A DNA stretch of 50,123 nt, taken from the NCBI GenBank assembly GCA_031265685.1, contig JAISCI010000029.1, positions 1 to 50,123 on the forward strand, read 5' to 3'. Source of the DNA: Clostridiales bacterium (GTDB taxonomy: Bacteria; Bacillota; Clostridia; Lachnospirales; WRAX01). The notes under the pieces are model-generated. The model was not told where the DNA came from, did no database searches, and was given only the letters and a program-made list of their open reading frames with translations. This document shows, in pieces, positions 27,724-37,539 of this stretch; the first letter of the stretch is position 1; each line of letters starts with the position of its first letter. A program made the position numbers and the translations under genes.

Positions 27724-29886
27724 ATGTCATTGTTAGACGCGATGTTTCTGCTGGCGCCGGTCGGCTCAATCCTGGCGCTTGTTTTCGCGGCCTTTCAGGC
27801 AAAGGGGGTACTCAAGTTCCCCGAGGGTTCGGACGTCATGAAGAGCATCTCGCAGAAGATCCGGATCGGCGCGAACGCGTATCTCAAGCGCCAATACAAG
27901 ACTGTCGGCCTGTTCTTCGTCGGGATGTTCGTCGTGCTCGGCGTTATGGCGTTTTTTAACATGCTGACGCCGTTCGTGCCGTTCGCATTCATCACGGGCG
28001 GCTTCTTCAGCGGACTTTCGGGCTTCGTCGGCATGAAAATAGCCACCGCCGCCAACGCCCGCACCGCCAACGCCTCGAGCGAGAGCCTTAACAAAGGCCT
28101 GCGCGTGGCTTTCTCCAGCGGGACGGTCATGGGGTTCACGGTCGTCGGGCTTGGCCTGCTCGATCTCTCCATCTGGTTCTTCCTGCTAAGGTACGCGTTC
28201 GCGCCGTATTTCGTGGACGTACACAACGTTGACGAGCTGGTGTCGTTTATCTCGCAGGCCATGCTGACGTTCGGCATGGGCGCCAGCAGCATGGCCCTGT
28301 TCGCGCGCGTCGGCGGCGGCATATTCACTAAAGCGGCGGACGTCGGCGCGGATCTTGTCGGCAAGGTTGAGGCCGGCATCCCCGAGGACGACCCCCGCAA
28401 CCCCGCCGTCATCGCCGATAATGTCGGCGACAATGTCGGCGACGTGGCCGGCATGGGCGCGGATCTCTACGAATCTTACGTCGGATCAATTGTCGCCACG
28501 ATCGCGCTCGCCGTGTCGGCGTTCAAGGATCCCGGCGATCCCACGTCGCTGGGCGCGATAAGGGGCGCGTCGGTACCTATGATCATGGCGGCCGTCGGAA
28601 CCCTCGCGTCCATCGTCGGAACATTCTTCGTCCGTACGGGCGAGAAGGCCAGCCAGCGCGCGCTGCTCTCCGCGCTGCGTAAGGGTACTTACATTTCGAG
28701 CGGGATAATCGTCGTCGCGGCGTTCCCGATCATATGGTTCGCGCTCGGACCCGAGAATATAGGCGTTTACGGCGCGGTTCTCTCCGGGCTTATCGCGGGC
28801 GTGCTGGTCGGCTTCTTTACCGAGTACTACACGTCGGACACGTATAAGCCGACGCGCCGCCTGGCCGATTCCAGCCTGACGGGACCGGCGACTCTCATCA
28901 TCAGCGGGCTGTCGCTGGGCATGGTCTCCACGTTCCTCCCGGTCGTCATAGTCGGCATATCCGTCCTCGTCAGCTACTACGCCTCAGGCGGGGCGGCCTC
29001 GTTCGCCCAGGGTCTGTACGGCGTCGGCATATCCGCCGTCGGAATGCTCTCGACGCTGGGGATAACGCTGGCCACGGACGCCTATGGACCCGTGGCGGAT
29101 AACGCCGGAGGTATCGCCGAAATGAGCGGCCTGCCTGAATCCGTGCGCGAGCGCACCGACGCGCTGGATTCGCTCGGCAATACGACCGCCGCGACCGGCA
29201 AGGGATTCGCGATAGGCAGCGCGGCGCTGACCGCCCTCGCCCTCATAGTCGCCTATACCGACGAGATCGCCGTCAAGGCGCCGGACTTCATTTTCCATCT
29301 CGACCTTACGTATCCGCCGACGCTGATCGGCCTGTTCATCGGCGCGATGCTCCCGTTCCTGTTCTCGTCGATGACGATGCAGGCCGTGGGGCGCGCGGCG
29401 CAAGGGATCGTCGTGGAAGTGCGCAGGCAATTCAAGGAAATCAAGGGGCTTCTTGAGGGCAAACCGGGCGTGGAGGCCGACTACGCCAAATGTGTGGACA
29501 TCTGCACCGGCTCCGCTCAGCGCGAGATGGTCGGTCCGGCGCTTACGGGCATAGCCGCGCCGATAGTCGTCGGACTTATCCTCGGCGTCAACGGCGTGGT
29601 CGGTATGCTGGCCGGGGCGACCGCCACGGGATTCGTGCTGGCCGTCATGATGTCGAACGCGGGCGGCGCGTGGGACAACGCGAAGAAGTTCATCGAGGCG
29701 GGCAAGCACGGCGGCAAAGGCTCTGATGCGCACAAGGCGGCGGTCGTCGGCGACACGGTCGGCGATCCGTTCAAGGATACCTCCGGCCCGTCGATCAACA
29801 TACTGATCAAACTGCTAAGCATGGTGTCGATAGTGTTCGCCGGTCTGACGCTGACATTCAATTTGGTGGATACGCTGTTCAAATAA
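27724..29886 (+). CDS. hppA: Membrane-bound pyrophosphatase, K+-dependent type (probably Na+-translocating)
   Basis: DVGADLVGKVE, EDDPRNP, DNVGDNVGD, GDTVGDPFKD; GNTTAA (Ala) signature of K+-dependent enzymes. Confidence 0.95.
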   Translation: MSLLDAMFLLAPVGSILALVFAAFQAKGVLKFPEGSDVMKSISQKIRIGANAYLKRQYKTVGLFFVGMFVVLGVMAFFNMLTPFVPFAFITGGFFSGLSGFVGMKIATAANARTANASSESLNKGLRVAFSSGTVMGFTVVGLGLLDLSIWFFLLRYAFAPYFVDVHNVDELVSFISQAMLTFGMGASSMALFARVGGGIFTKAADVGADLVGKVEAGIPEDDPRNPAVIADNVGDNVGDVAGMGADLYESYVGSIVATIALAVSAFKDPGDPTSLGAIRGASVPMIMAAVGTLASIVGTFFVRTGEKASQRALLSALRKGTYISSGIIVVAAFPIIWFALGPENIGVYGAVLSGLIAGVLVGFFTEYYTSDTYKPTRRLADSSLTGPATLIISGLSLGMVSTFLPVVIVGISVLVSYYASGGAASFAQGLYGVGISAVGMLSTLGITLATDAYGPVADNAGGIAEMSGLPESVRERTDALDSLGNTTAATGKGFAIGSAALTALALIVAYTDEIAVKAPDFIFHLDLTYPPTLIGLFIGAMLPFLFSSMTMQAVGRAAQGIVVEVRRQFKEIKGLLEGKPGVEADYAKCVDICTGSAQREMVGPALTGIAAPIVVGLILGVNGVVGMLAGATATGFVLAVMMSNAGGAWDNAKKFIEAGKHGGKGSDAHKAAVVGDTVGDPFKDTSGPSINILIKLLSMVSIVFAGLTLTFNLVDTLFK

Positions 29887-29887
29887 G

Positions 29888-29928
29888 CGCCGAAAAGCCC
29901 CGCGCCTAGGGCGCGGGGCTTTTCGGCG
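29888..29928 (+). terminator. Terminator after hppA
   Basis: cgccgaaaagccccgcgc / gcgcggggcttttcggcg perfect stem. Confidence 0.8.
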
Positions 29929-30017
29929 GCGGCGTGAAATAGGCGCGGATATCGAATCATCAAATCGCGCGGGAAACCGGACACGACCGCGGAACGATAT
30001 CACGGATATGAAGCGAA

Positions 30018-30213
30018 TACCGCACATCACCTCAACTCTCAGACCACGCAAAAACGCACAAAGCCACAGCAAAAGCCCTCGGAACACGGTATAATAAAAG
30101 CGGCGAAAACGATTGCGGAGGCGACGATCATGCCCAAGCAGGGCAAAAACCGGAACCGACTGACGCTGATCCCAATATGTCCGGGCGATTATATTGAATC
30201 TAACAGCGTATGA
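30018..30213 (+). mobile_element. IS1182-family left end and truncated transposase stub
   Basis: MPKQGKNRNRLTLIPICPGDYIESNSV* (30130-30213); DNA aligns with 49908-50123. Confidence 0.7.
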
Positions 30214-30297
30214 AGTATAGTGTTTGAGAATGCGTCATAGACTTAACGGGTCTCCCCTTATCGCAGCTTTTGACGTGATCAAACGAAGACTTACTTG

Positions 30298-30696
30298 ATT
30301 AGGGCGCAGGAGGAAAAATTGCGAAGCTATGCGGTAGCCAGGGATTGGGCGGTCTACAAAATTTACGCGGACGAGGGAGTCAGCGCGAAGGACATTGATG
30401 GCCGCCCGGCGGTCAAGTAGTTGATTGCGGACATTACGGAGGGCAATGTCAACAATGTGCTGGTCTATAAAATCAATCGTTTGACGCGCTCGGTGAAAAA
30501 TCTGATTGAGTTGGTTGACTTGTTCAATCAGCACCGTTGCGCCTTTAACTCGTTAAACGAGTCGATTGACACCACCACCGCCACCGGGCGCATGTTCCTA
30601 AAAATCGTGGGGATTTTCGCCGAGTTTGAGCGGGAGAACTTGGCGGAGCGGGTACGGCTGGGACTGGAGCGGAAGGTGCGCGAGGGCTATACCTAA
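30298..30696 (+). pseudogene. Serine recombinase (resolvase catalytic domain) fragment
   Basis: IRAQEEKLR..IYADEGVSA..RPAVK* then VLVYKINRLTRS..IDTTTATGR..FAEFERE; in-frame TAG at 30418-30420, no YxRVS nucleophile, premature end. Confidence 0.85.
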
Positions 30697-30802
30697 AGCC
30701 TTTCACTCATCAAGTAGGGTTTTCCGTCTTTTTTTATCCCGCCGAGTATATCGGTCGCTTTTAATCTAAAAACTCTGTGGAAAAAGGTACTTGATTACCC
30801 GG

Positions 30803-30920
30803 TTGACAATATCGCAAGGCGTGATATAGTCTATGTCAGAGTTTTTAGGCATTAAAAACCAACGTCCTTACCGTCTAAAGTTCGGGGGCTTTTTTTGCTT
30901 TTTAGGCACTAAAAAAGCCC
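30803..30920 (+). promoter_or_regulatory. SigmaA-like promoter followed by two palindromic boxes and a terminator-like hairpin
   Basis: TTGACA-16-TATAGT (extended TG); TTTTTAGGCAYTAAAAA at 30842-30858 and 30899-30915. Confidence 0.55.
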
Positions 30921-31130
30921 TTTTGTTGGTGGCAGATGTACAAAAACATACATTTTGGCAAATGATTTCTCACCTGCCAGTCGCAAAAAGGCTTTCAATA
31001 ACAATATGTTATAGTATGTTTTTGTTTTTTACAATCCCTATTTGCCATGGTTTCGTCTGATTTGTCCGGCAAAACGCCGATAAATTGCGAAGTCGGCACG
31101 AATTGCCCGGCTGATCCGCCGTAAATCTTT

Positions 31131-31604
31131 TTAGTCGTGCTGATCCTTTCGCAAATATTTGTCCACAAAGTCCGAAAAATCGCGCGCCGCGCCCTCGTCC
31201 GCGTAATCGTCCCAAAGCCAGACGGCGTTACCCTGCGCTTCCTGAACGCACACGCCCTCGCGCACAATCGTCCGGTACACGCGCGTCTCCAGTTTCGCGG
31301 CCCAAGCCATCATCAGGCTTATGTACAGCCGCTCGTTGTTCGTCGCCCTGTTTCGCCCCAGAAGAATGCCGTCAATCCGCAGCTTTGGGTTAAGCTGGCG
31401 AATTTCCGGCAGACCTTCGATCAGGTTGACACAGCCTTGAACGTTCGCGCTGTCGGGATGAAGCGTGATGATCATATCGTCGGCGCAGTTCGCGGCTTGC
31501 AGCATCTGCATCGTTCCGACCAGCGGCTGGTTGTCGATGACGATGTAGGAATATTCAGACTTTATCGGCTCCAGCGCCTTGTCAAGCGCCTTGACGCCGT
31601 TCAT
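31131..31604 (-). pseudogene. ParA/Soj family ATPase, C-terminal fragment
   Basis: YSYIVIDNQP Walker B region, LNPKLRIDGIL, TIVREGVCVQEAQ; Walker A missing. Confidence 0.75.
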
Positions 31605-31833
31605 CGACGTGCTGGAACTGTTCTACCAGATGGCCGCTCTGTCCAAAACATTTTCCAAAAAACGTCAGGGAAAAAGTGAGCCATATATCCGGTGTAGGCT
31701 ACCCTCGGATAGGCAAATCATAATAAGGACATCTCTCATAGAAAATAAAGCCAACTGTATTTTGAGCCATACCCAACTGGGCATATGCATTATAACATAG
31801 ATGAAATGCCGTGACAGGACATTTAAGGAAAAA

Positions 31834-32145
31834 TTATCCTCTCGCCACTTGGGGTTGGTCGTTCCAATTCTTGAAATTTTTGTTCGGCAAGTGTAGCCGC
31901 GTGTTTGGGTGTTTTGCCCGGATTTTCTCTATAAATTCGCGGCCAGCCTCGTCGTTGTCCACGCACAAAACCGGCTCGGCTCCCACTCCGGCGACGCCGA
32001 GCGTATGCTCCAGCACGTTTTCTTTCAACCCCGCCAGCGATACCAAAAGACATCCGGTCAGAGACTTGCCAACGCCGCGCTCAATCTCAATAAAAGATAA
32101 CAAATCAATTCCGCTCTCAAAATAGAACGCATAGGCGGTCTTTTC
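31834..32145 (-). pseudogene. Toprim-domain (conjugative-element primase-like) fragment
   Basis: FESGIDLLSF..VSLAGLK..LCVDNDEAG..KNWND. Confidence 0.7.
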
Positions 32146-32399
32146 ACCGAAGTGAAACTATTTCCAGACTTCCGCGGATCAACGCTATATGCCCTGTCGA
32201 TTATTATAGCGCTTGTCGTGATGAATTTCAAGTGATATTGCTGCTGATATTCTTACCGACGCGCGTTACTTTAGGGTTATGATGAACATTTTCGCCTGTC
32301 TTTCTTGCGCATCCCTATTAATTTATGCTATAATTAAATAACTAATGATTAATTAAAAGGAAGGCGGTATATATGGGCTAAAAGTGAAAAGTAAAAGGT

Positions 32400-32520
32400 A
32401 ATTTTCGCCTGATGGAATTTCGCTTGGTTCGAAGCATTTTTGCTTGGACGAAGTTTGCTTGAACCACGCAAACTTCTGTCACGCAAAAATGCGATGCGAA
32501 ATTCGTACCCGCGAAAATTC
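32400..32520. repeat. Complete four-level nested family-A composite
   Basis: Arm pairs aattttcgc/gcgaaaatt, gaatttcgc/gcgaaattc, gcatttttgc/gcaaaaatgc, gaagtttgc/gcaaacttc. Confidence 0.92.
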
Positions 32521-32559
32521 ATGCCGAAAAGGCAATCCAAGAAAGAAGGTTAACTGTTA

Positions 32560-35500
32560 ATGAAAAAACGTATTCCGCGAGCGGTGTCGGCGATTGCTCT
32601 GGCGGTATTGATGTGCCTGCCGGGCGGTCTGACCGCCCAAGCGGGGATCGGAGACGTTGACGGCGCGTGGAGCGCGGGGCTTGTGCTTGACCTGCCGTTC
32701 GACGGGAACCTGACGGACGCGACGGGCAAACACACCGTAACCGCCGCCAACTACGACGGCGCGACGACGGTAACTTACGTAAACGGCGCGGACGGCGGCG
32801 CGAACCGCGCGGTGCGGCTGTCCGGCAATACTTATCTGAACATTGGTTCTGAGGCCGACTTGAACCCGGAGAGCATGACGCTGTCGTTCTGGATTAACCC
32901 GAGCGCGGCAATCACCGGCGAGCAGATTGTCATGTGGAACAAGAACGCCTACAATTCCGCGGGCTGGTACGTAACGCTGCTGTCCGACACCGTACCGATC
33001 AAGCTTTCGGTCGGTACGGAGCCGTTCGAGATAAGCGTGCACGGCGCGCGTGCCGATTTCTTCCCGGTCGGCAAATGGACGCACATCGCCGTCACCTTTG
33101 ACGGCACCGCAAAAGAGACCCGGATATTCCGCAACGGCGTACCGCAGACTCTGAGCGTAGACCAGGGAAGCGCCGCGAGCGCCGCGATTTCTGACAGCGG
33201 CGTCCACAAATCCATCGGATGGAACGGGCCTAACCACCATAACGGCGGATGGCTCGCGAATTCGGCGCTCGACGGTCTGAAGCTGTTCGACGGCGCGGTG
33301 ACGGAACAGGAAGTTGTGGAACTGTACAACGAAGCCGGGACAAAACTCGCGGCGACGGCGGACTTCACGTCGGACGTTATTCTGGATCTGAAATTTGACG
33401 GCGACACGAACGACGCGTCATCCGGCGCAAATAACTATAGCGTCGCCTCGGGAACCGCCGGATACACGACCGGAGTGGACGGCGCGGCGAACCACGCGTT
33501 CCTATTCAACGGATCGACTTGGCTGGAAACCCCGGCCTCGGGCAGCGAAGACTTGAACCCCGAATCGTTTACGGTCTCCTTTTGGGTGAAACCGACCGGG
33601 ACGATGAGCGGAGAGCAGATCTTTTTCTGGAACAAGAACCAGTATAACCAAGCCGGCTGGTATATCGGATCCAATACGAACGATAAGCCGCTTGTCGTAT
33701 CGGTCGGCGTGGGTACGGGCGGATCGGGCAGCGGGCAGCCGCTGGAATTTAATATTGAAACATCGCGCGCGGCGTTTTTCCCGGCGGATACTTGGACGCA
33801 TATCGCCGTGTCGTATGACGGCGCCGCCAAGGAATGCAAGATATATCGCGACGGGATAATGCAGATTGCCGCCGACGGCGCGACAACGGGCAACGCGACG
33901 GCGGCGGGGGCGGTCGCGGACAGCGGCGTCAAGAAGATGATCGGGCGCAACGGACCATCGCACAACAGCGGCGGAAACCTGAGCGTCGCGCTTGACAACG
34001 CGCTGATGTGGAAGAGGGTAGTCCCGCAGAACGCGCTCGCGGATCTGTACGGACTCCACGCGGAGCTGGACGCGCAGGCTCTCGTCAATAAGGATACCGT
34101 CTCCCTCCCGGCGCAGATATCGTCGAGTATAACGCTGCCCGTTATCGGTCAGCAGGGTTCCCGCGTACGGTGGATCAGCTCGTCCCTCCCCGGAATTCTT
34201 TCCGCGGATGGAACCGTCGTCCGACCGGAGGAAACGACTGAAGTGACGCTAACCGCGGCGTTCACCTACGACGGGAAGACGGCGGTAAAAACGTTCACCG
34301 TGACGGTATTGGGGCGGGACGAATCGGACGGCACGGTAGTGCTCGAGGAAATGATGGAAAATATCGGCACGGACAGCGTGGAGCTGCTCGACGCGTACCT
34401 CTTGAACAACGAGATGAACGACGTGTCGTACCTGCTTTCACTTGACCCGCAAAGGTTCCTGTACCACTTCTACAAGACGGCCGGCGTAACGCAGCCGACG
34501 GGCAACACGGCTTACGACACACTGAACGGCGAGGCGACCTGGGAGCGCACGAACGACCTAAACTTCCGCGGACACATGTTCGGGCACTGGCTGGGCGCTT
34601 GCGCGCTGGCGTACCGCTCGGCGGACACGACGACCGATCAAAAGTCTCGGCTGCTGACGAAGATTCAAACCGCGCTCGCTGGGCTCGCGGCCTGCCAGAC
34701 CGCCTACGGAAACACGTACAGCGGCCGCGGCGGCTACATCGCGCCGTTCACCGAGAAGCGTCTCTATGAGCTGGACGGCGTTTCGGGCGGCGGCTACCAA
34801 ACCGCTTACGACGGAACCGTCTATGTGCCTTACTATAATCTTCACAAAGTTGTGGAAGGCCTGCTGCAAGTTTACTCGAGCTTCCGCGACATCGGAACGA
34901 CTACGGCGGCGACTGAGTCGGCGAGGGACGACGCTTTGGAGATAGTTTCCAAATTCGGCGACTATATGTACGACTGCCGCGTCAATAACGCGTCCTGGTC
35001 GGACTCGAGGACGCAAGGCACCGAATACGGCGGCTTCAACGAGGCTTTTTACGAGCTTTACGCCATAACCAAAAGCGCTAAGCATCTGCGCGTCGCCGAG
35101 GCTTTCGACGAAACGAGCAACTTCCAGCGCATGGTCAACGGCGAGGATTACCTGACGGACGTACACGCCAACACGACTATCCCGAAATACATCGGCGCCG
35201 TCAAGCGGTACGAGGTGTTCACGGAGAACGAAACGCTCTACAACACGCTGACCGCCGCCCAGCGGGAACAGCTTACGTCACTGTATCTGACGGCGGCTGA
35301 GAATTTCTGGGACATTGTAGTCCGCGATCACAGCTACATCACCGGCGACAACTCGACGGGCGAGCATTTCCGCTCTATCGTCGGCGGCAACGGGCTTAAG
35401 TACGACGCGGTGACGCGCAACCCGCCCGAAACCTGCGAAACCTGCAACGCCTACAACATGCTGAAGCTGACGCGCGAGCTGTACAGGATCACGGGCGACA

Positions 35501-37338
35501 AGAAATACTCCGACTTCTACGAGCGGACGTTCATAAACACGATCGTTTCGTCGATGAACCCGGAAACGGGCGGCATGACGTACTTCAACCCGATGTACTC
35601 GGGCTACTACAAACTGACCAACGCGAACCGCTTCTGGTGCTGCACGGGCACGGGCGTCGAGAACCACGTCAAGTACGGCGACTCGATCTACTTCAAGTCC
35701 GGCGGGGACGTATTTGTCAACATGTACTACTCGTCGATTCTGACGCTGACGGAGCTGAACCTCAAGCTGACCCAGGAGACAAGCATCCCCGTTTCCGACT
35801 CGGCGAGGTTCACCGTAGCCACGGCGTCCGGTTCGGGCGAGGTAGCCGCCGGCACTAACCTGCGCTTCCGCCGGCCGGATTGGATCGCGGGTACGCCGAC
35901 GGTTAAGGTAAACGGGGATGAAACGGCGGCGGTGATCGAGGGCGGATACATCGTCGTTAAAGGCGCCGCCGCGGGCGATGTAATCGAGCTGACCATCCCG
36001 GCGGGAACCGAGGCGTGGAGCGCCGCGGACGACGCGAGTTTCGTCGCTTTCCGCTACGGGCCGCTCGTGCTTTCGGCCACGCTCAGCGCCGTCGCGGACG
36101 TTTCGGCGGGCGACGGTACGGGCATATTGGTTCTCCACTCGTCCGACCCAGCGTCGGAACCCAACACGATCAACATCACCAACGGTCAGACGGTCGCGGA
36201 GTGGAAAGCCGACATAAACAACAACCTAGTACGCGCGTCCAACGCGACAAAGACGATAACCGGCAAGACGGGGACGATCAGCGTACCGCAGATCCGATTC
36301 CAGCTTACGGGTACAAGTCAGGACAGCCTTGTCTACATACCGCACTACATGCAGTACGCCAACCGTTACGGATTGTATATGAACGTCAAGACCGGCCCGG
36401 CAGCCCCGGCGCCCGAGCGGGAACCGATCCTGCGCTATACGTTCGACGCGGGCACGATAACCGGCACAACCGTCGAAGACGTAACCGGCAACGGCAACGA
36501 CGGCGCGCTGATGAGCGGAGCGGCGGCGTCCGCGTCCAGCCCGTTGGGAAATACCATGGGCAGCTCGCTTTCGCTGGACGGCGGCGCTCAATATGTCGAT
36601 ATCACGACCAACCCGCTTGACGGGCTTGTAAACTTCACGATATTGGCGTGGGTCAAGCCGGACGCGCTGGACAGCTGGGCGAGGGTGTTCGACTTCGGCC
36701 CGTCAGGCGAGAAGCCCGGCCTGTTCTTCACGATCAACAGGGGGAGTAATTTAGGGCGGCTGGCGTTTGAAACCGCCTCGTCAAACACGGCGGTGAACCT
36801 TACAAGCGCGCTTTCAACCTCCGCGTGGGCGCACCTTGCCTGCGTTATCGACGGGACGAGCGCCCGGCTCTACATCAACGGCGTCCTGGCGGGCGAGAAC
36901 GCCGCGTTTAACTATGATTCGGCGCTGGCGGGTCAATTTTCCGACAACTACCTCGGCAGGTCGCAATACGGCGGCGACGAGTACTACGACGGCGGTATCG
37001 ACGATTTCCAAATCTACAACTACGCGCTGTCCGGCGACGAGGTCGCGGACATATACCGAGGCGAGGAACCGCGGCGCGACCTTGAGTTCTCGTCGACGCT
37101 CAGCCTGACCGCGCAATGGCAGGCGGAAGTCCACAATCCCGGATACTTCGACAGCGAAAGCGTGACGGTCATCGTCGCGTACTACAATGCGGGCGGACGT
37201 CTTATCTACGTCCTTACAAAATCCGGGACGGTCGCGGGGTTGGGTTCGCTGACCCTCAACGAGTACGCGCCGCAGGGGGCGGCGTCCGCTAAGGCGTTCT
37301 TCTGGGACACGGCGTCATATGTTCCGCTGACGGCGTGA
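32560..37338 (+). CDS. Secreted GH127/GH146-type beta-L-arabinofuranosidase with three LamG-like domains, an Ig-like domain and a conserved C-terminal domain
   Basis: Signal peptide; FRGHMFGHWL, PYYNLHK, EYGGFNE, HANTTIPK, ETCNAYNMLKL, FWCCTGTGVE; LamG-type W.HIAV.FDG motifs. Confidence 0.9.
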   Translation: MKKRIPRAVSAIALAVLMCLPGGLTAQAGIGDVDGAWSAGLVLDLPFDGNLTDATGKHTVTAANYDGATTVTYVNGADGGANRAVRLSGNTYLNIGSEADLNPESMTLSFWINPSAAITGEQIVMWNKNAYNSAGWYVTLLSDTVPIKLSVGTEPFEISVHGARADFFPVGKWTHIAVTFDGTAKETRIFRNGVPQTLSVDQGSAASAAISDSGVHKSIGWNGPNHHNGGWLANSALDGLKLFDGAVTEQEVVELYNEAGTKLAATADFTSDVILDLKFDGDTNDASSGANNYSVASGTAGYTTGVDGAANHAFLFNGSTWLETPASGSEDLNPESFTVSFWVKPTGTMSGEQIFFWNKNQYNQAGWYIGSNTNDKPLVVSVGVGTGGSGSGQPLEFNIETSRAAFFPADTWTHIAVSYDGAAKECKIYRDGIMQIAADGATTGNATAAGAVADSGVKKMIGRNGPSHNSGGNLSVALDNALMWKRVVPQNALADLYGLHAELDAQALVNKDTVSLPAQISSSITLPVIGQQGSRVRWISSSLPGILSADGTVVRPEETTEVTLTAAFTYDGKTAVKTFTVTVLGRDESDGTVVLEEMMENIGTDSVELLDAYLLNNEMNDVSYLLSLDPQRFLYHFYKTAGVTQPTGNTAYDTLNGEATWERTNDLNFRGHMFGHWLGACALAYRSADTTTDQKSRLLTKIQTALAGLAACQTAYGNTYSGRGGYIAPFTEKRLYELDGVSGGGYQTAYDGTVYVPYYNLHKVVEGLLQVYSSFRDIGTTTAATESARDDALEIVSKFGDYMYDCRVNNASWSDSRTQGTEYGGFNEAFYELYAITKSAKHLRVAEAFDETSNFQRMVNGEDYLTDVHANTTIPKYIGAVKRYEVFTENETLYNTLTAAQREQLTSLYLTAAENFWDIVVRDHSYITGDNSTGEHFRSIVGGNGLKYDAVTRNPPETCETCNAYNMLKLTRELYRITGDKKYSDFYERTFINTIVSSMNPETGGMTYFNPMYSGYYKLTNANRFWCCTGTGVENHVKYGDSIYFKSGGDVFVNMYYSSILTLTELNLKLTQETSIPVSDSARFTVATASGSGEVAAGTNLRFRRPDWIAGTPTVKVNGDETAAVIEGGYIVVKGAAAGDVIELTIPAGTEAWSAADDASFVAFRYGPLVLSATLSAVADVSAGDGTGILVLHSSDPASEPNTINITNGQTVAEWKADINNNLVRASNATKTITGKTGTISVPQIRFQLTGTSQDSLVYIPHYMQYANRYGLYMNVKTGPAAPAPEREPILRYTFDAGTITGTTVEDVTGNGNDGALMSGAAASASSPLGNTMGSSLSLDGGAQYVDITTNPLDGLVNFTILAWVKPDALDSWARVFDFGPSGEKPGLFFTINRGSNLGRLAFETASSNTAVNLTSALSTSAWAHLACVIDGTSARLYINGVLAGENAAFNYDSALAGQFSDNYLGRSQYGGDEYYDGGIDDFQIYNYALSGDEVADIYRGEEPRRDLEFSSTLSLTAQWQAEVHNPGYFDSESVTVIVAYYNAGGRLIYVLTKSGTVAGLGSLTLNEYAPQGAASAKAFFWDTASYVPLTA

Positions 37339-37344
37339 GCGGGG

Positions 37345-37367
37345 AGGGGTTGAAAACTTCAACCCCT
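37345..37367 (+). terminator. Hairpin after the GH127/146 gene
   Basis: aggggttgaa-aac-ttcaacccct. Confidence 0.6.
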
Positions 37368-37539
37368 TGCGCTGTTTCAACAAAACATAATAGCCGGCTA
37401 TGTAAACGACGCTAAAGAAAGGTTTGACAAGCTTCCCATAGCGTGCGGCAGCAGGATTGTGTTTCTACTCGAAAAATCACTCACCGCAGCAATATAATTG
37501 AAATCGCCCGCCGCATTTTCAAAGTTCGCTTAAATTCGC

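Noticed and set aside
37110-37338. Dockerin, SLH or sortase signal on the giant CAZymes
   Set aside because: No duplicated Ca-binding DxNxDGxxxxxD motif, no SLH motif, and no LPxTG plus TM tail.
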